Source: Bugula neritina | Taxonomy: Eukaryota > Animalia > Bryozoa | Assembly (NCBI GenBank): GCA_964035545.1 | Contig: OZ037771.1 | Span: 4,103,628 to 4,167,627, forward strand | Direction of reading: 5' to 3' | Length of the DNA: 64,000 nt | Part shown: one piece after another, positions 41,001 to 51,910 of the stretch | How the letters are laid out: the number at the start of each line of letters is the position of its first letter | Position numbering within the stretch: the stretch's first letter is position 1 | Made by a program: the position numbers and the translations under genes | The notes under the pieces: generated by a model | What the model was told of the DNA's origin: nothing | What the model saw: only the letters and a program-made list of their open reading frames with translations | The model's database searches: none

Positions 41001-42033
41001 CCAGAGTCATCTAAAAAGAAAGGCACGTTCATCTAATGTCCTACTCATCCCTTGGATATTACTGTGTACCTATTGATAGCTGTTAGGAGATCTGTGATTG
41101 GACAGACAATTTGAATAGTTGTTGTGAATTTATGAGCTTTTCTGTTGAACTTCGTGTTTTATGTTAATAGCAGACAAGAAGGATAAACCTAAGAAGGAGA
41201 AGAAAGAGAAGAAGAAAGGAGGACTGTTTTCATTCTCATTCAAAAAGACCAAAAAGCGTGAGTGTTTTGCTCCTTAAGCATAAAGAGTTGCCAGAAAGGC
41301 TATCAGTTTTATTTTTAAATGAAGTAATTTTTCATCTTCACTCTGTTATACAGGAACAAAAATATTAGTAATCGTTGAATGTTTCTATTAGCAGCTCCAA
41401 ATTGGGGGTGACTTGGTGTAGTGGTTTGCAGTTCTCGGGTTTGGAGTTGGGGGTTCAATAAACACCAATTCTAAACTCGAAAACCTCAAACCACTGCATT
41501 CAGTCACCCCCAACTCGGAGCTGTTTATAGGACCATTGGTCAGGCCGTATTTAATAGCCTAATTTCTTGTAACCACAGACTTGCAAGTAACTGTGAGCCG
41601 TTGGTGTTTATTGGTTGGTATATCATCTGCAGCTCATGTGGAAAAGAAATCTGAGGAAGAGGCTGGAGACGCACCAGCTGCCGAACCCGCTGCTGATGAG
41701 ACACCAGCTGCTGCTGAAGAAACTGCTGAATCTACAGAAGTAGTGCCAACTGATGAGCCGGCAGCAGGAGATGCACCATCTGAAGAACCGGCCAATAAGA
41801 CTGCAGCTTCCGAGGAACCGGCCAATGAGGCTGCACCATCTGAGGAACCGACCAATGAGGCTGCACCATCCGAAGAACCGACCAATGAGGCTGCACCATC
41901 CGAAGAACCGACCAATGAGGCTGCACCATCCGAAGAACCAGCTAAGTCGACTGAGGAAACATCAGCACCAACCGACAGCACCCCAGCCAATGACAGCAGC
42001 CCTGCACCAGCCACTGAACCTTCCGCCGAGTAA
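26081..42033 (+). CDS. Extended SDR (NAD(P)-dependent epimerase/dehydratase; dihydroflavonol reductase/GRE2/aldehyde reductase II-like) with acidic N- and C-terminal extensions
   Basis: In-phase exons approx. 26081-26372, 31770-31977, 33720-33913, 34531-34652, 35026-35111, 36671-36791, 38589-38668, 39415-39536, 40115-40264, 40516-40665, 40884-41022, 41171/41174-41257, 41633-42033. Motifs: VLVTGATGYLA, VRGTVRS, VIHTASPF, VVMTSS, catalytic YDKSK, INPGFLVGP, DVRDVALAH. Confidence 0.88.
35955..36630. repeat. 21-24-bp minisatellite (ATACTCTTCTCTCTACATGAT variants), intronic
   Basis: Direct read; ends ~40 nt before the acceptor at 36670. Confidence 0.95.
37634..37833. mobile_element. Tc1/mariner-type MITE, family A (complete 200-bp copy)
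   Basis: TA|CAGTACTCCCT ... AGGGAGCACTG|TA: 11-bp TIR with one mismatch and a TA duplication; related copies at 20589 and 56060. Confidence 0.8.
38420..38562. repeat. ~31-bp degenerate tandem repeat (..TACTGCAGGTGTAAGT..), ~5 copies
   Basis: Direct read; immediately upstream of the SDR acceptor at 38588. Confidence 0.8.
41377..41539. mobile_element. Hairpin MITE-like element, family B (copy 1)
   Basis: Long imperfect inverted repeat CTATTAGCAGCTCCAAATTGGGGGTGACT ... AGTCACCCCCAACTCGGAGCTGTTTATAG; related to 50971-51089. Confidence 0.75.
41770..41945 (+). repeat. Coding 30-bp tandem repeat (AAPSEEPTNE, ~6 copies)
   Basis: Direct read within the last SDR exon. Confidence 0.9.
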
Positions 42034-43136
42034 GGAATATACTTAACTTGATAAACTCTCTTATATTCACCATTTCTCTCACTGGCGTTCAACTGTGAAC
42101 CCTGGTCTATACCATCTGACTTGGTGTGAGTTTGCCAGAGTGGCTATGACAGATCATTGTAACCAACTTCCACTCAATACATTATGGGATTATTTTTGTG
42201 ACTTATCGTTTACACTTTATAGCTTTTGACTCTAATGTCTAATGACACAATTAGTGATGTGTTTTCCATCAGTTAACACTTGGAAGTTCTAAAGTATAAT
42301 ATTCTGCATGTCCTTTAATGTAACACGTTAATGGTGAATATCACTTTCGTGTTAATTGGTGATTTGTACATGACTATCATCTTATTCTCAGTATTCACAA
42401 GGTATCATTTGGCCGCTTGCATGAAATTCAATCAATGCCTGTTTTACGTAATATTATTTATTGCGAGCTTTAAATTTTGTACTGGTGTTGGATTTTAATT
42501 TTCATTTATATTCTTTACCATGAAGTCTATATAAAACTAAACAATAATTTATAATAAATAGTTACAGCTATTCCAATTTTGTACTTAATACCCTCTGAAA
42601 TATTTACTCTACTCATTCTATTGTCGTTTTGAACTACTACTATTCAAAATACCATTTTATAATACAGTTTGATGTTTCATTTTATGCTAAACATATTATT
42701 TCTGTAAATAAATAGTCTATCATTATAAATAAAAGTACAATACAGACGGATTTTTTGATTCCACATAGAAAAGAGTAATGAACATGATGAAATGATTCAT
42801 CAACTTTGATAACTCATTAAACTAACATGAACCAAGATATAAATTCCTAGAGATTTACAAAAAAAGTTGATAATACTAGCTGAAATGGGATTGGTTGGTA
42901 CATTGCTACATTCCCACAAAGGAGGAAATTCTGACAGTTATTAATAAAACTGCCCCAATAATTAAAATCAGATACTTCTCATAGCTTTGCTATTTTTTGT
43001 GGTTTAACAATCTTGTTTGGGCTGTCAACATTAGTCATCTGAAATATTGTACATGCAAGTTTAGCAAAAAACATTGCTATTAATAGCACAATTTAGTGGT
43101 GAACCCATTTAAACTTGTAGAGGCAAATGTGACAGA

Positions 43137-46100
43137 TTATTCAAAACCAGATTGCATCTGTGCAATCATTTTATTGAGTTTAACTGGTAGCAGATTCACC
43201 ATTTCTCTACAAACAGGAAGTTCTGCTTCCATTAGCTGAGCATAGCCAGAGTTCTTGTCGCAAGAATCTACCACGAGTTTGTAGTATAGCAAGGTTTTCT
43301 GCACACATTCTATTTGCTGAGACATACCAGGCATTATCATTTTGTAGTAGAGCCTAGCAACACAAAACCATGCTACCAGCACCGGTCGTTCATCACCTAC
43401 AAAAAACATATTCCAAGTTTGAGTTGAAAAAATTCTGTACGTAAAAGTATTGTCAATAAGGTATGAAATGTCAATCTACAGTCTACACTCTACACAAATA
43501 AAGCCCAATTAGTTGATAGCATAGACAAGCACAATATCAAGCTAGTGTAACAATTGTAATTGGTGCAGCCACACATATGGTATCAGGCTAGATTTGACAT
43601 ACTGCATCTGGCCTGATCAGTGGCTTCAAAACATCCAGTGAAACCAGTTGAATAAGAAAATATTGCTAAAATATTTTTATTGAAGCATAGCTGCTAAAGG
43701 TACATATAAAATTTTATACTTCTTTGCTCTGCATTATAATATTTTGTTAGTAATTCATATTTAAATTAATAGTCAAGTTATTTTTGTTATTTGGCCATAT
43801 ATTGTGTTTGTGTTTTTCATATTTTTTTTTATATTACTAAAGTTTAAATTTCTTATTCCAATCTTCACAATGACATTGTGAAAAGAGTGCAATAGATATA
43901 ACAAACAGTTTAATAATAACTATACACAATCAGTGAATTCTAACATTGCTCACACTGCTAGCAATCTGTCACAGATTACTACAAGTATGTTACGGAGAAA
44001 ATAACTCCCACTTAAACACATGATCCAGTTTCACAACTTGAATAAAAAGCAGTTATCAAGTTAAAATAAATAATTAGGTGCTCAAGCCCGAAGCCAAAAA
44101 TAATGTAAGTTTATTTTCAGCATTGGTACAACCAGACAAAATGGGATAACAACGGCTGAATTTAGAAAGAAATTGTTACGAACCCGGAGGAAGTGGTTCA
44201 GGTAAAGCACCCTCTGGGGTTTTCAAAGAGCCTATGTATTCCAAATATTTATGTATGCTCTTTTGGCATAGACTGTTGAGTTTAGTAACAGCTTGCTGAG
44301 AAGGTCTTTGGTTGAGCTCATTCATTATTTCTGCTTTACAGTCCACCATTGCCGAGTAAACTTCAGCCGTCTCGTACACCAACTGCCTCCATACCTGATA
44401 GAAGAGACATTCAATATGAGATGCGACCATTCAATGTCAAGGTCAGATTAATGATGTAAACTTTTGTTAGATATACACACACACACCCCCATACTCACAC
44501 ACATGCACGCACACACACACATATATAAGTCCACTAACCAATAAGTAGAATTGGGGATTTAACTCCGCAGTGACTTCCTCCAACATGTCCGCTCTTCGTT
44601 TGTGCATTTTGCTTCGTCTTTCACTATTAGCTTCAAAGACGCTCAAGTTCTTGAAGGCTCTGCTATGATCTTGTATCAGTTCGACGTAGTCCGAACAGAA
44701 ACTATCAATGGTATACATTTCTTTGGCTTCCACAATCATCTCCTGTACCTACAACCCATTAGCAGTAAATAAAAACAGACCGCAGTGAGGGAACGACTCC
44801 CACACAATGAAAGTAGGTACAATGGATAACATACAATATGTTAAATATCAAAGAGGACCACTGAATATAAAATATAAGACTATTATGAAACATATATAAC
44901 ATTGAATATCATATAATACATGATATTACATACAAATACATTATACACAATAAATCATAGTGATAATATATCATTTACAACATTCATATTAAATAATTAC
45001 ATAAAAAAAAATTTTAGAGTCAAAAACATTATTTTATGATATAATAGAATAATTGAATTACATACAAATAAAGGAGTCAATGTACTTTTATGTAATAATA
45101 TCAATTAATAAGAAATAGCTGATTAAAATATACCTTCAGAAAGACCGAACGGGCTTGATCAAAATCCAACAAATATTTACTCGGCATCCATTGTTCATAC
45201 TTGGTGAGTTCAAGGTCAAAGAAGTCAGCATTCTTCTCGTCTTCCCCAGCGTCTGACAGCGGCAGAAAATTAAAGCGTTATTTATAAACACCGTCACCAT
45301 TTGGAGCAGTGACAGTATGTAGTAAATTCCTGCCAGCAACACTACTAAACTATATTATATTGGTTATAGCAGCCTAGCAATGGAGTTAGTAGATATATAC
45401 ATCTGTAAACTAAGTATGCGCTACACTTACTGGTTGTAGTACTGCCATCTTCACCATCCTCAGCTAGCAGTCTTATCCATGACACTTCCAGCAGTTCAAG
45501 TCCGTACTTAACCCAACATCTTTTGATGTCAATACTTTTACTATACAAACTCCCTTCTTCAAGATTCTTATCTACTGCACCCAGCTCCTCAAATATTTTC
45601 ATAGAGCTCGCTGTAAAACGATATTCTAATCTAAAGAAATGCAGGCATTGAAAAATATTCCTTGCATTTAGTATTACAACATTAATTGCTGGATCACATA
45701 AATTTATTAATAAACATATACCTAAATAATACTATATTGCATCACCCTTGCATAGCTGCACAATTTCTTAGCCTGAACTAAACTTATGCTGTTGTCATGG
45801 AAGACTGCTCCAACGCCTCATAGTGAAAAATTCCTAGCAAAACCTTTAACATCAAAACCTCTCCCTAATAAATGATGCAATCCACCATATAGCAGTGCAT
45901 TATATAAGAACACATACAAAGCAAGTTTGGCTACACTACACAACACAGTGCCAAATCAAAACAAAATTAACAGTTTCACAGCAATTCTCTTTAACTAGAA
46001 CATTGCTTTACCACCTTTCTTATTTTTCTAATGTTATTACATACCGAGACAGTGCCTGGCTAAACTAAAGTCCCTTTCTAACATATAATACTGGCTCAAG

Positions 46101-47411
46101 GTTGCAGCGTTTAATGCCCATTCAACTGGATCATATTTCTTCATTTGAAGTTGTCTTCTCAAAGTTAGCTGGCAATAGTGTGAAGCTTTAGCGCTATCAT
46201 CGGACTTTTGGTATACCTGCATTCATGAGAATAACTTAACCATGTAAACACATACATAACAAGTTAAAGTACAAGTATTAGCTTGTGAGAATATCATATA
46301 ACAACTGTGAAACATTGAAAATATAATTATTAAAGACTGGTTCAATAGAAGCAATTTCCCCAGTCATAATCAATATAGGGAGCTAGCAGGTATCGTTACT
46401 CAGGCTAAATATCACCTTTGCAAAAAGTAGCAAATGGTCATACAACTTAAAGTAAAGCAATTTGATAAAACCTGTACCTGTGCTAAGTAGAACAGTGTTT
46501 GAGTATGTTCAGATTCAAATAACATCCATTTGCTAGATTCATCGTTTTCATCTGAAGTCCCTTTTAAAATAAAGTGGTGAATGTGAATTTTAGGGGTAAA
46601 GCTTCACTTATCTATATAAGTAATATAATAAACCACTGTTCTTAGCTAAATCTTATGTTTGCATACCTTTAAAAGGTGCTAACAAGTCAGTAGGAAAGAA
46701 GGGTGCTTCAGAATGGTTTGCCTTGTAAATATCATACACCTTCTCCGCCTTGTGCAAAGCATCAGCAGCTTTTTCAGTAGAGCGTCGAGTAGCATGAAGT
46801 ATGCCCAACTGATTCAACAAAAACTTGTAAACATGCACAGCTAAAGGACTTGTAAAGTCATACTTTGATGTGAGAGACTTTAAAGCTTGACTTAGATGCT
46901 CTTCACCACTAGATGTTTCTTCACACTCAACATAGTTGAGTCCCAGTTTGCCTTCTATATACCTTAGAAATATTTCAAGCCGGTCAAAATTAGATACAAC
47001 GCAAGTTTTGTCACCAGACGATGAGCTTAAAATATGATCTGCTTGCGTGTTGTTATGACTCATATTCAGCGTAGAAATATCAAGCTCTAAGTTAATGTTT
47101 TCAGGAGATACGTCTGCAGTGTCATCACAACTTGTCTGTGGTGATGCCTCTTCAGAATGAGAGCTGACAGGAGCGTCTGAAACCTGAGACTCAATCAGTG
47201 TTTTTAATCTTTTTCTTAACTCTTCGAGACTTTCTCGAGCAGCATATTTGGACTTGAATGGTAGATCTTCTGGATCATTAAGACTATCTATATCATTTAG
47301 TTGAGTTATAGTGTCAAGAAAAGATTTCACATAACTCAAGTCCCACAGAGAGTCCTGGCTATTACTTTCAACTTCATCTTGTATAGTACGGGTACTAGAA
47401 GAGCTTTCCAT
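43137..47411 (-). CDS. KIFBP: KIF-binding protein (KBP/KIAA1279)
   Basis: PFKSKYAARE, LGLNYVECEETSSGEEHL, LNQLGIL, HTQTLFYLAQVY, YCQLTLRRQL, YDPVEWALNAATLSQYY, RCWVKYGL, SDYVELIQDHS, KMHKRRADMLE, ELNPQFYLLV, ELPVCREMVNLLP. ATG at 47411 (MESSSS); ~8 exons. Confidence 0.93.
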
Positions 47412-48630
47412 AACAATTTTTCCTCCTAAATCAATATCGTAACAAGTTTTTATATACAAAATCTCTAACTCTAACTCTACAAAACTGAATACTACTAATT
47501 TTGAACTCAATTATAAAAAACCTTTAGCTTTGAAGTTTATGCAATAGTCGAAGATTAACATCAAGATTTAGATTAATCATCGAATGAGCAGAAAATTTAA
47601 AACTAAAAGTAAAAACTAACATGAATAATATATTTATAAAACTAATGAACATTCAGTGATACTGATTCGAATAGTCATACTCCTAAATCATAGTAATAGG
47701 AATACTGATAGTTATTTATGGTAGTAAGTCAAAGTGTAAGACACTAACTCTAAGTTCATTATGAATATCATAATTAATAGTAATGCTAATAGTAATAGTA
47801 ATACAACTAGTAAAACTAGATATAATACAGTATAAATAATAGTAATATTATTACCTTTACTAATAGTAATACTAATAGTAATTAGTAAACCTAAAAGTAA
47901 AAGTAAAATTAAATCTTGATAGCAATAACTAATGTCTAATAGACATAGTAATACTATTAGTATTATTATAACTATTAGACTTAGTATTACTATTACTATT
48001 AGTATTAGTAAAACTAAATCAGTAAATGTAGTACACTGATGCTGATAGTAATACTAATACTAATACTAATAGTAATTTAAATATTTACAACCACATCCAC
48101 TGAATTAAAGCTCACAGTTAAAGTTTACAACCTTATGTATTTTTTATAACTAAAAGTAAAAGTCTATTACCATACCTGTAAGTTATACTTATACAGCAGT
48201 AGTAACACTAACAGTAACAACTTTGCATCAATTTGTTCTAAAACTTCATCACAGAATAAACATAATTTATATAGCTGTTTCTATGACAAACACAACAACG
48301 CGAAGATTTTCGACCTTGTTGTTTATTTCGAGCGTAAAGAATAGTTTTCATATTTTTGGAAAAGAGGCTAAGTTTTATTGTAGTCCGAAGAAAAGTTAAA
48401 TCAATTCGCAAAATATACAGATTTATTGCTAAGTATTTTCCCAACCTTCAGTGGACTAGCTTCGGACTTTTTAAACACACCTGTAGCTCAGTTATCATTG
48501 ATGTGTGCAACTGTAAACTTTTAGTTTTTTCTCTCACCAGTTTGAGTTTCACAACCCAGAACTTTAATTAAGAAATTACAAGCCTATCCGGATTTTTAAA
48601 CTCACTTTTATTAGCTTAGAATTAAGATAA
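47412..48630. promoter_or_regulatory. Probable bidirectional promoter region between KIFBP and MED4
   Basis: Head-to-head start codons 1.2 kb apart; local CpG cluster at ~48298-48465. TSS positions not determinable. Confidence 0.55.
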
Positions 48631-51600
48631 ATGGCACAGGAAAGCACCAGAAAAGTGTTAATAACCTTGCTTGACGACATTGAACTACTCTCTAAGTAAG
48701 TGGAAGTCACACTCACTCTCTGTGAGTGTGAGTGTCACATTCAATCTCAGTCTGAGTCTCATTCAGTATGAGTGTCACCGTGACGGCCAGTAACTGGAAG
48801 TGTACTTGTAAATGTAAATCACTATTTCTAAAATGAAAATTTTAGTGATAGATCAGCAATGGCTAATCATTAAATGTAGTTTCAGTTTGTAAATGTTGAT
48901 TTCTAATTCTTAGACTTATATTTTAATTTAGTTTGACTTTGACTTTCACTTTGTCGTTACATTTACTTTAACTTAATCTTGTATTTATTGTTATTGACTT
49001 TGAGCTATTACTTATTAGATATTGCACACTTAGAGTTAGTGTTACTGTTATTACTATCAGTGTTAGTGTGATTGTCGCTCTCAGTGTCTGTCTTAGTTTT
49101 GGTCTCACTATCTCGATCTGTGACATCAGACTTTAGTTCTTACATATTTAAGTAACTAAGATACCGATAGTCATATTGATAGTTATACTCATGGCTTAAG
49201 GTTTACAGTTATTGAGTTAATAATTTATTTTGGCATATATCATATGATATAAACCTACATAATGTCTTGTGGTATTTATTATTACTATCTATACTTATAC
49301 TTATAGTTAATAAGTTACTACTATTAGTATATCTATAAATATTATCATTATATTTAACTATAAGTATTGTTATAGATCTTAGACCTAATTTTAAGTAAAA
49401 CTTATAATTTAGAATGATATAATATAATCATATAAATAACTAATATAAATGAATGTATAATTGATTATGCTATAAATTTCTGTAAATGCTTCAGAATGTA
49501 TAATCATAGTCTATTAAATTTTGTCGTAAATAAAAGTTGATTTTTAAATTTTGAATCTGGTCGAGAATACTTATGTACTTTTTATGAAATGTTTTATTTA
49601 TAAACTATAATCCATGTGGCTTTTAATATTGATTCCCATTTTTAAATTTTCATTTCAACAAACTCATTTCTATAATTTTTTTCCTAAAAATTAAAAATAT
49701 GTGGCTATTTCTCAACTACCCATATTATTTGTTCAATTTGAAAAATATGCGTTGCATACATAAGCTCTTATAAAATATAATTTCTAAAGCATACTTTATA
49801 CTGCTAATGATGTGGAAGTAGTGAAACATATACATCAGCCACAGGAATACTTGGGTGTAAGATTTGTGCTTTTTGAGAAAATTAGGTTGCTGACAGTTAC
49901 ATATATATATTTTACAAAACTGCATAAAGTTGGTATATTTTTGTTGTTAGCCCACTCTGTGGAAGACATAATTGTTATGACTTTTCTATTATTATAACTG
50001 CTGCAAATCTGTTGCAGGGAGCTGTTTGAGCTAGCCACTAGTGCTCAGGCTAATCGTCTGGCTACCAAGGGTGGCACTGGCAAGGTCTCGCAAGTTCTAG
50101 ATGCTCTTGTTGCTCAGAATGAGAAGTTCCACGGCATGCTCAAGACTGGTTAGTTTATAATGTAGGCTGTGAGATTTTCAGCTGTGTAGTACTGGTGGTG
50201 TGCTGTGAGCCTTCCAGCTGTGTGCTGTGTAATGCTGGTGGTGCTAAGTCTAACTACACTCTGAATAGAGATGGACCAGAAAATCTGTTTTTACTTTCAG
50301 CCGAGGAGCAGTCCGTGGTGCAGCTTCGAATCGACTCTCTAAACACGGAGCTGGACAAGAAAAATGGAGAAATACTGAGTTTGCAGAAAAGCCTGAAAGA
50401 TGCTGAAACAGTTTTGGTATGTTTTCTAAGATATACACTGCATGTAGTGTTGGTATGCTTTATAATATATGTGCTAAATAGCATGGGGGACTGAGATGCC
50501 AGTAGAAAATAATAGCTACATATTAATTACTCTCATTTATGGATAAGATGCATTTTTATGGTAAAATGAATTTACAAGTAAGTTTTACTATAAATACCGT
50601 TTCAGTTCATCTAAAACCCATGAGCTCATTCTAAATGTAGTCATCACCATATAAAAGTTCATCTAAGATAGCTTATTTTTTACCACAAATTGGTAACCAA
50701 CTTAGGATAATACGCCAACTCTTCTAGCTGGAATGATAACTCCTTATACAATATGCTAATTGACAGGCATCCTCTGTATTTGATGCTAAGAAAAAGTTGG
50801 CATCTATAAAAAAGGCGGAAGAAAAAGCAGTTACAGCTGAGGACTTGATCAGATTTGCACACAGGATAAGCTCTAGTGGGGCAGTGGCGGCTCCCCCGAC
50901 CTGGGCACCTGGTAGGCCTACTTTGCTCTCAGTCTAACATTCAACTAATTATTATTACATTAGTTATTACGAATTGTTCTATAAGCAGCTCTGAGTTGGA
51001 GGTGAATGAGGGCAGTAGTTAGAGGTTCTCGAGTTTGGAGTTGGGTCCACTCAGTCACCCCCAACTTAGAGCTGCCCATAGAACAACTCAGCTACCCAGT
51101 GTGTCTCTTCTGGTTTACATGCTCTAAGGATCTGTGTTCCAGGTGACCCTAGCCGTAGGCCCTACCCCACAGACACGGACATGAGACAGGGGCTCATGGC
51201 TAAGGACTTCGATAAGTTGAGAGAGACAATGCTAAATCAAACTAGCCATTCGCAAGCCTCTCAATCTACACCAGTGACCACTCCTCTAAGTGGTAAGTAT
51301 GCTCTAGTATTTATTCTTCTAATATAATACTAACTATAAATAATATACTAACTATAAATAATATACTAACTATAAGTATTATACTAACTATAAATAATAT
51401 ACTAACTATAAATAATATACTAACTATAAATAATATACTAACTATAAATAATATACTAACTATAAATAATATACTAACTATAAATAATATACTAACTATA
51501 AATATTATACCAACTATAAATATTATACTAGCTATAAATATTATACTAGCTATAAATATTATACTAGCTATAAATATTATACTAGCTATAAATATTAAAC

Positions 51601-51910
51601 TAACTATAAATATTATACTAACTATAAATATTATACGAAATATAAATATTATACCAACTATAAATATTAGTCAACTATAAATATTAGTCGACTAGAAAAA
51701 TATATTGTGTTGTATACGGTGAGACAACTCCTTATAGATTCTCAGAACACTGGACTCTACAGTTACAGTTTCCAGGCTCAGTCGGCCCTTGATACTCCGA
51801 ACTTCATGTCTGCCACTCGCAACCATCCAATGAACATCAAGCAGAGCAACGACGTGGAGATCATGTCTCAGTCGGACACTTCCTCGAGCTCTAGTAGCGA
51901 CGAGCAATGA
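48631..51910 (+). CDS. MED4: Mediator complex subunit 4
   Basis: Exons approx. 48631-48695, 50018-50147, 50301-50416, 50767-50911, 51143-51292, 51740-51910: [61 protein letters not shown], C-terminal DVEIMSQSDTSSSSSSDEQ*. Confidence 0.93.
50971..51089. mobile_element. Hairpin MITE-like element, family B (internally deleted copy 2)
   Basis: GAATTGTTCTATAAGCAGCTCT ... AGAGCTGCCCATAGAACAACTC inverted ends; shares GTTCTCGRGTTTGGAGTTGGG and CAGTCACCCCCAACT with 41377-41539. Confidence 0.75.
51321..51695. repeat. 18-bp minisatellite (TAACTATAAATAATATAC), ~20 copies, filling most of the last MED4 intron
   Basis: Direct read. Confidence 0.95.

Noticed and set aside
41634-42092. 152-aa antisense ORF and alternate-frame ORF over the last SDR exon
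   Set aside because: Shadow ORFs of a GC-rich repetitive coding exon.
46990-47200. Ser/acidic insertion in KIFBP exon 1
   Set aside because: KBP proteins have a variable low-complexity loop in this region, so it is not clearly unusual.
47412-47510. N-terminal extension of the KIFBP ORF (MSSKLVVFSF...)
   Set aside because: Begins at a non-ATG codon within the periodic low-complexity tract; the ATG at 47411 is the plausible start.
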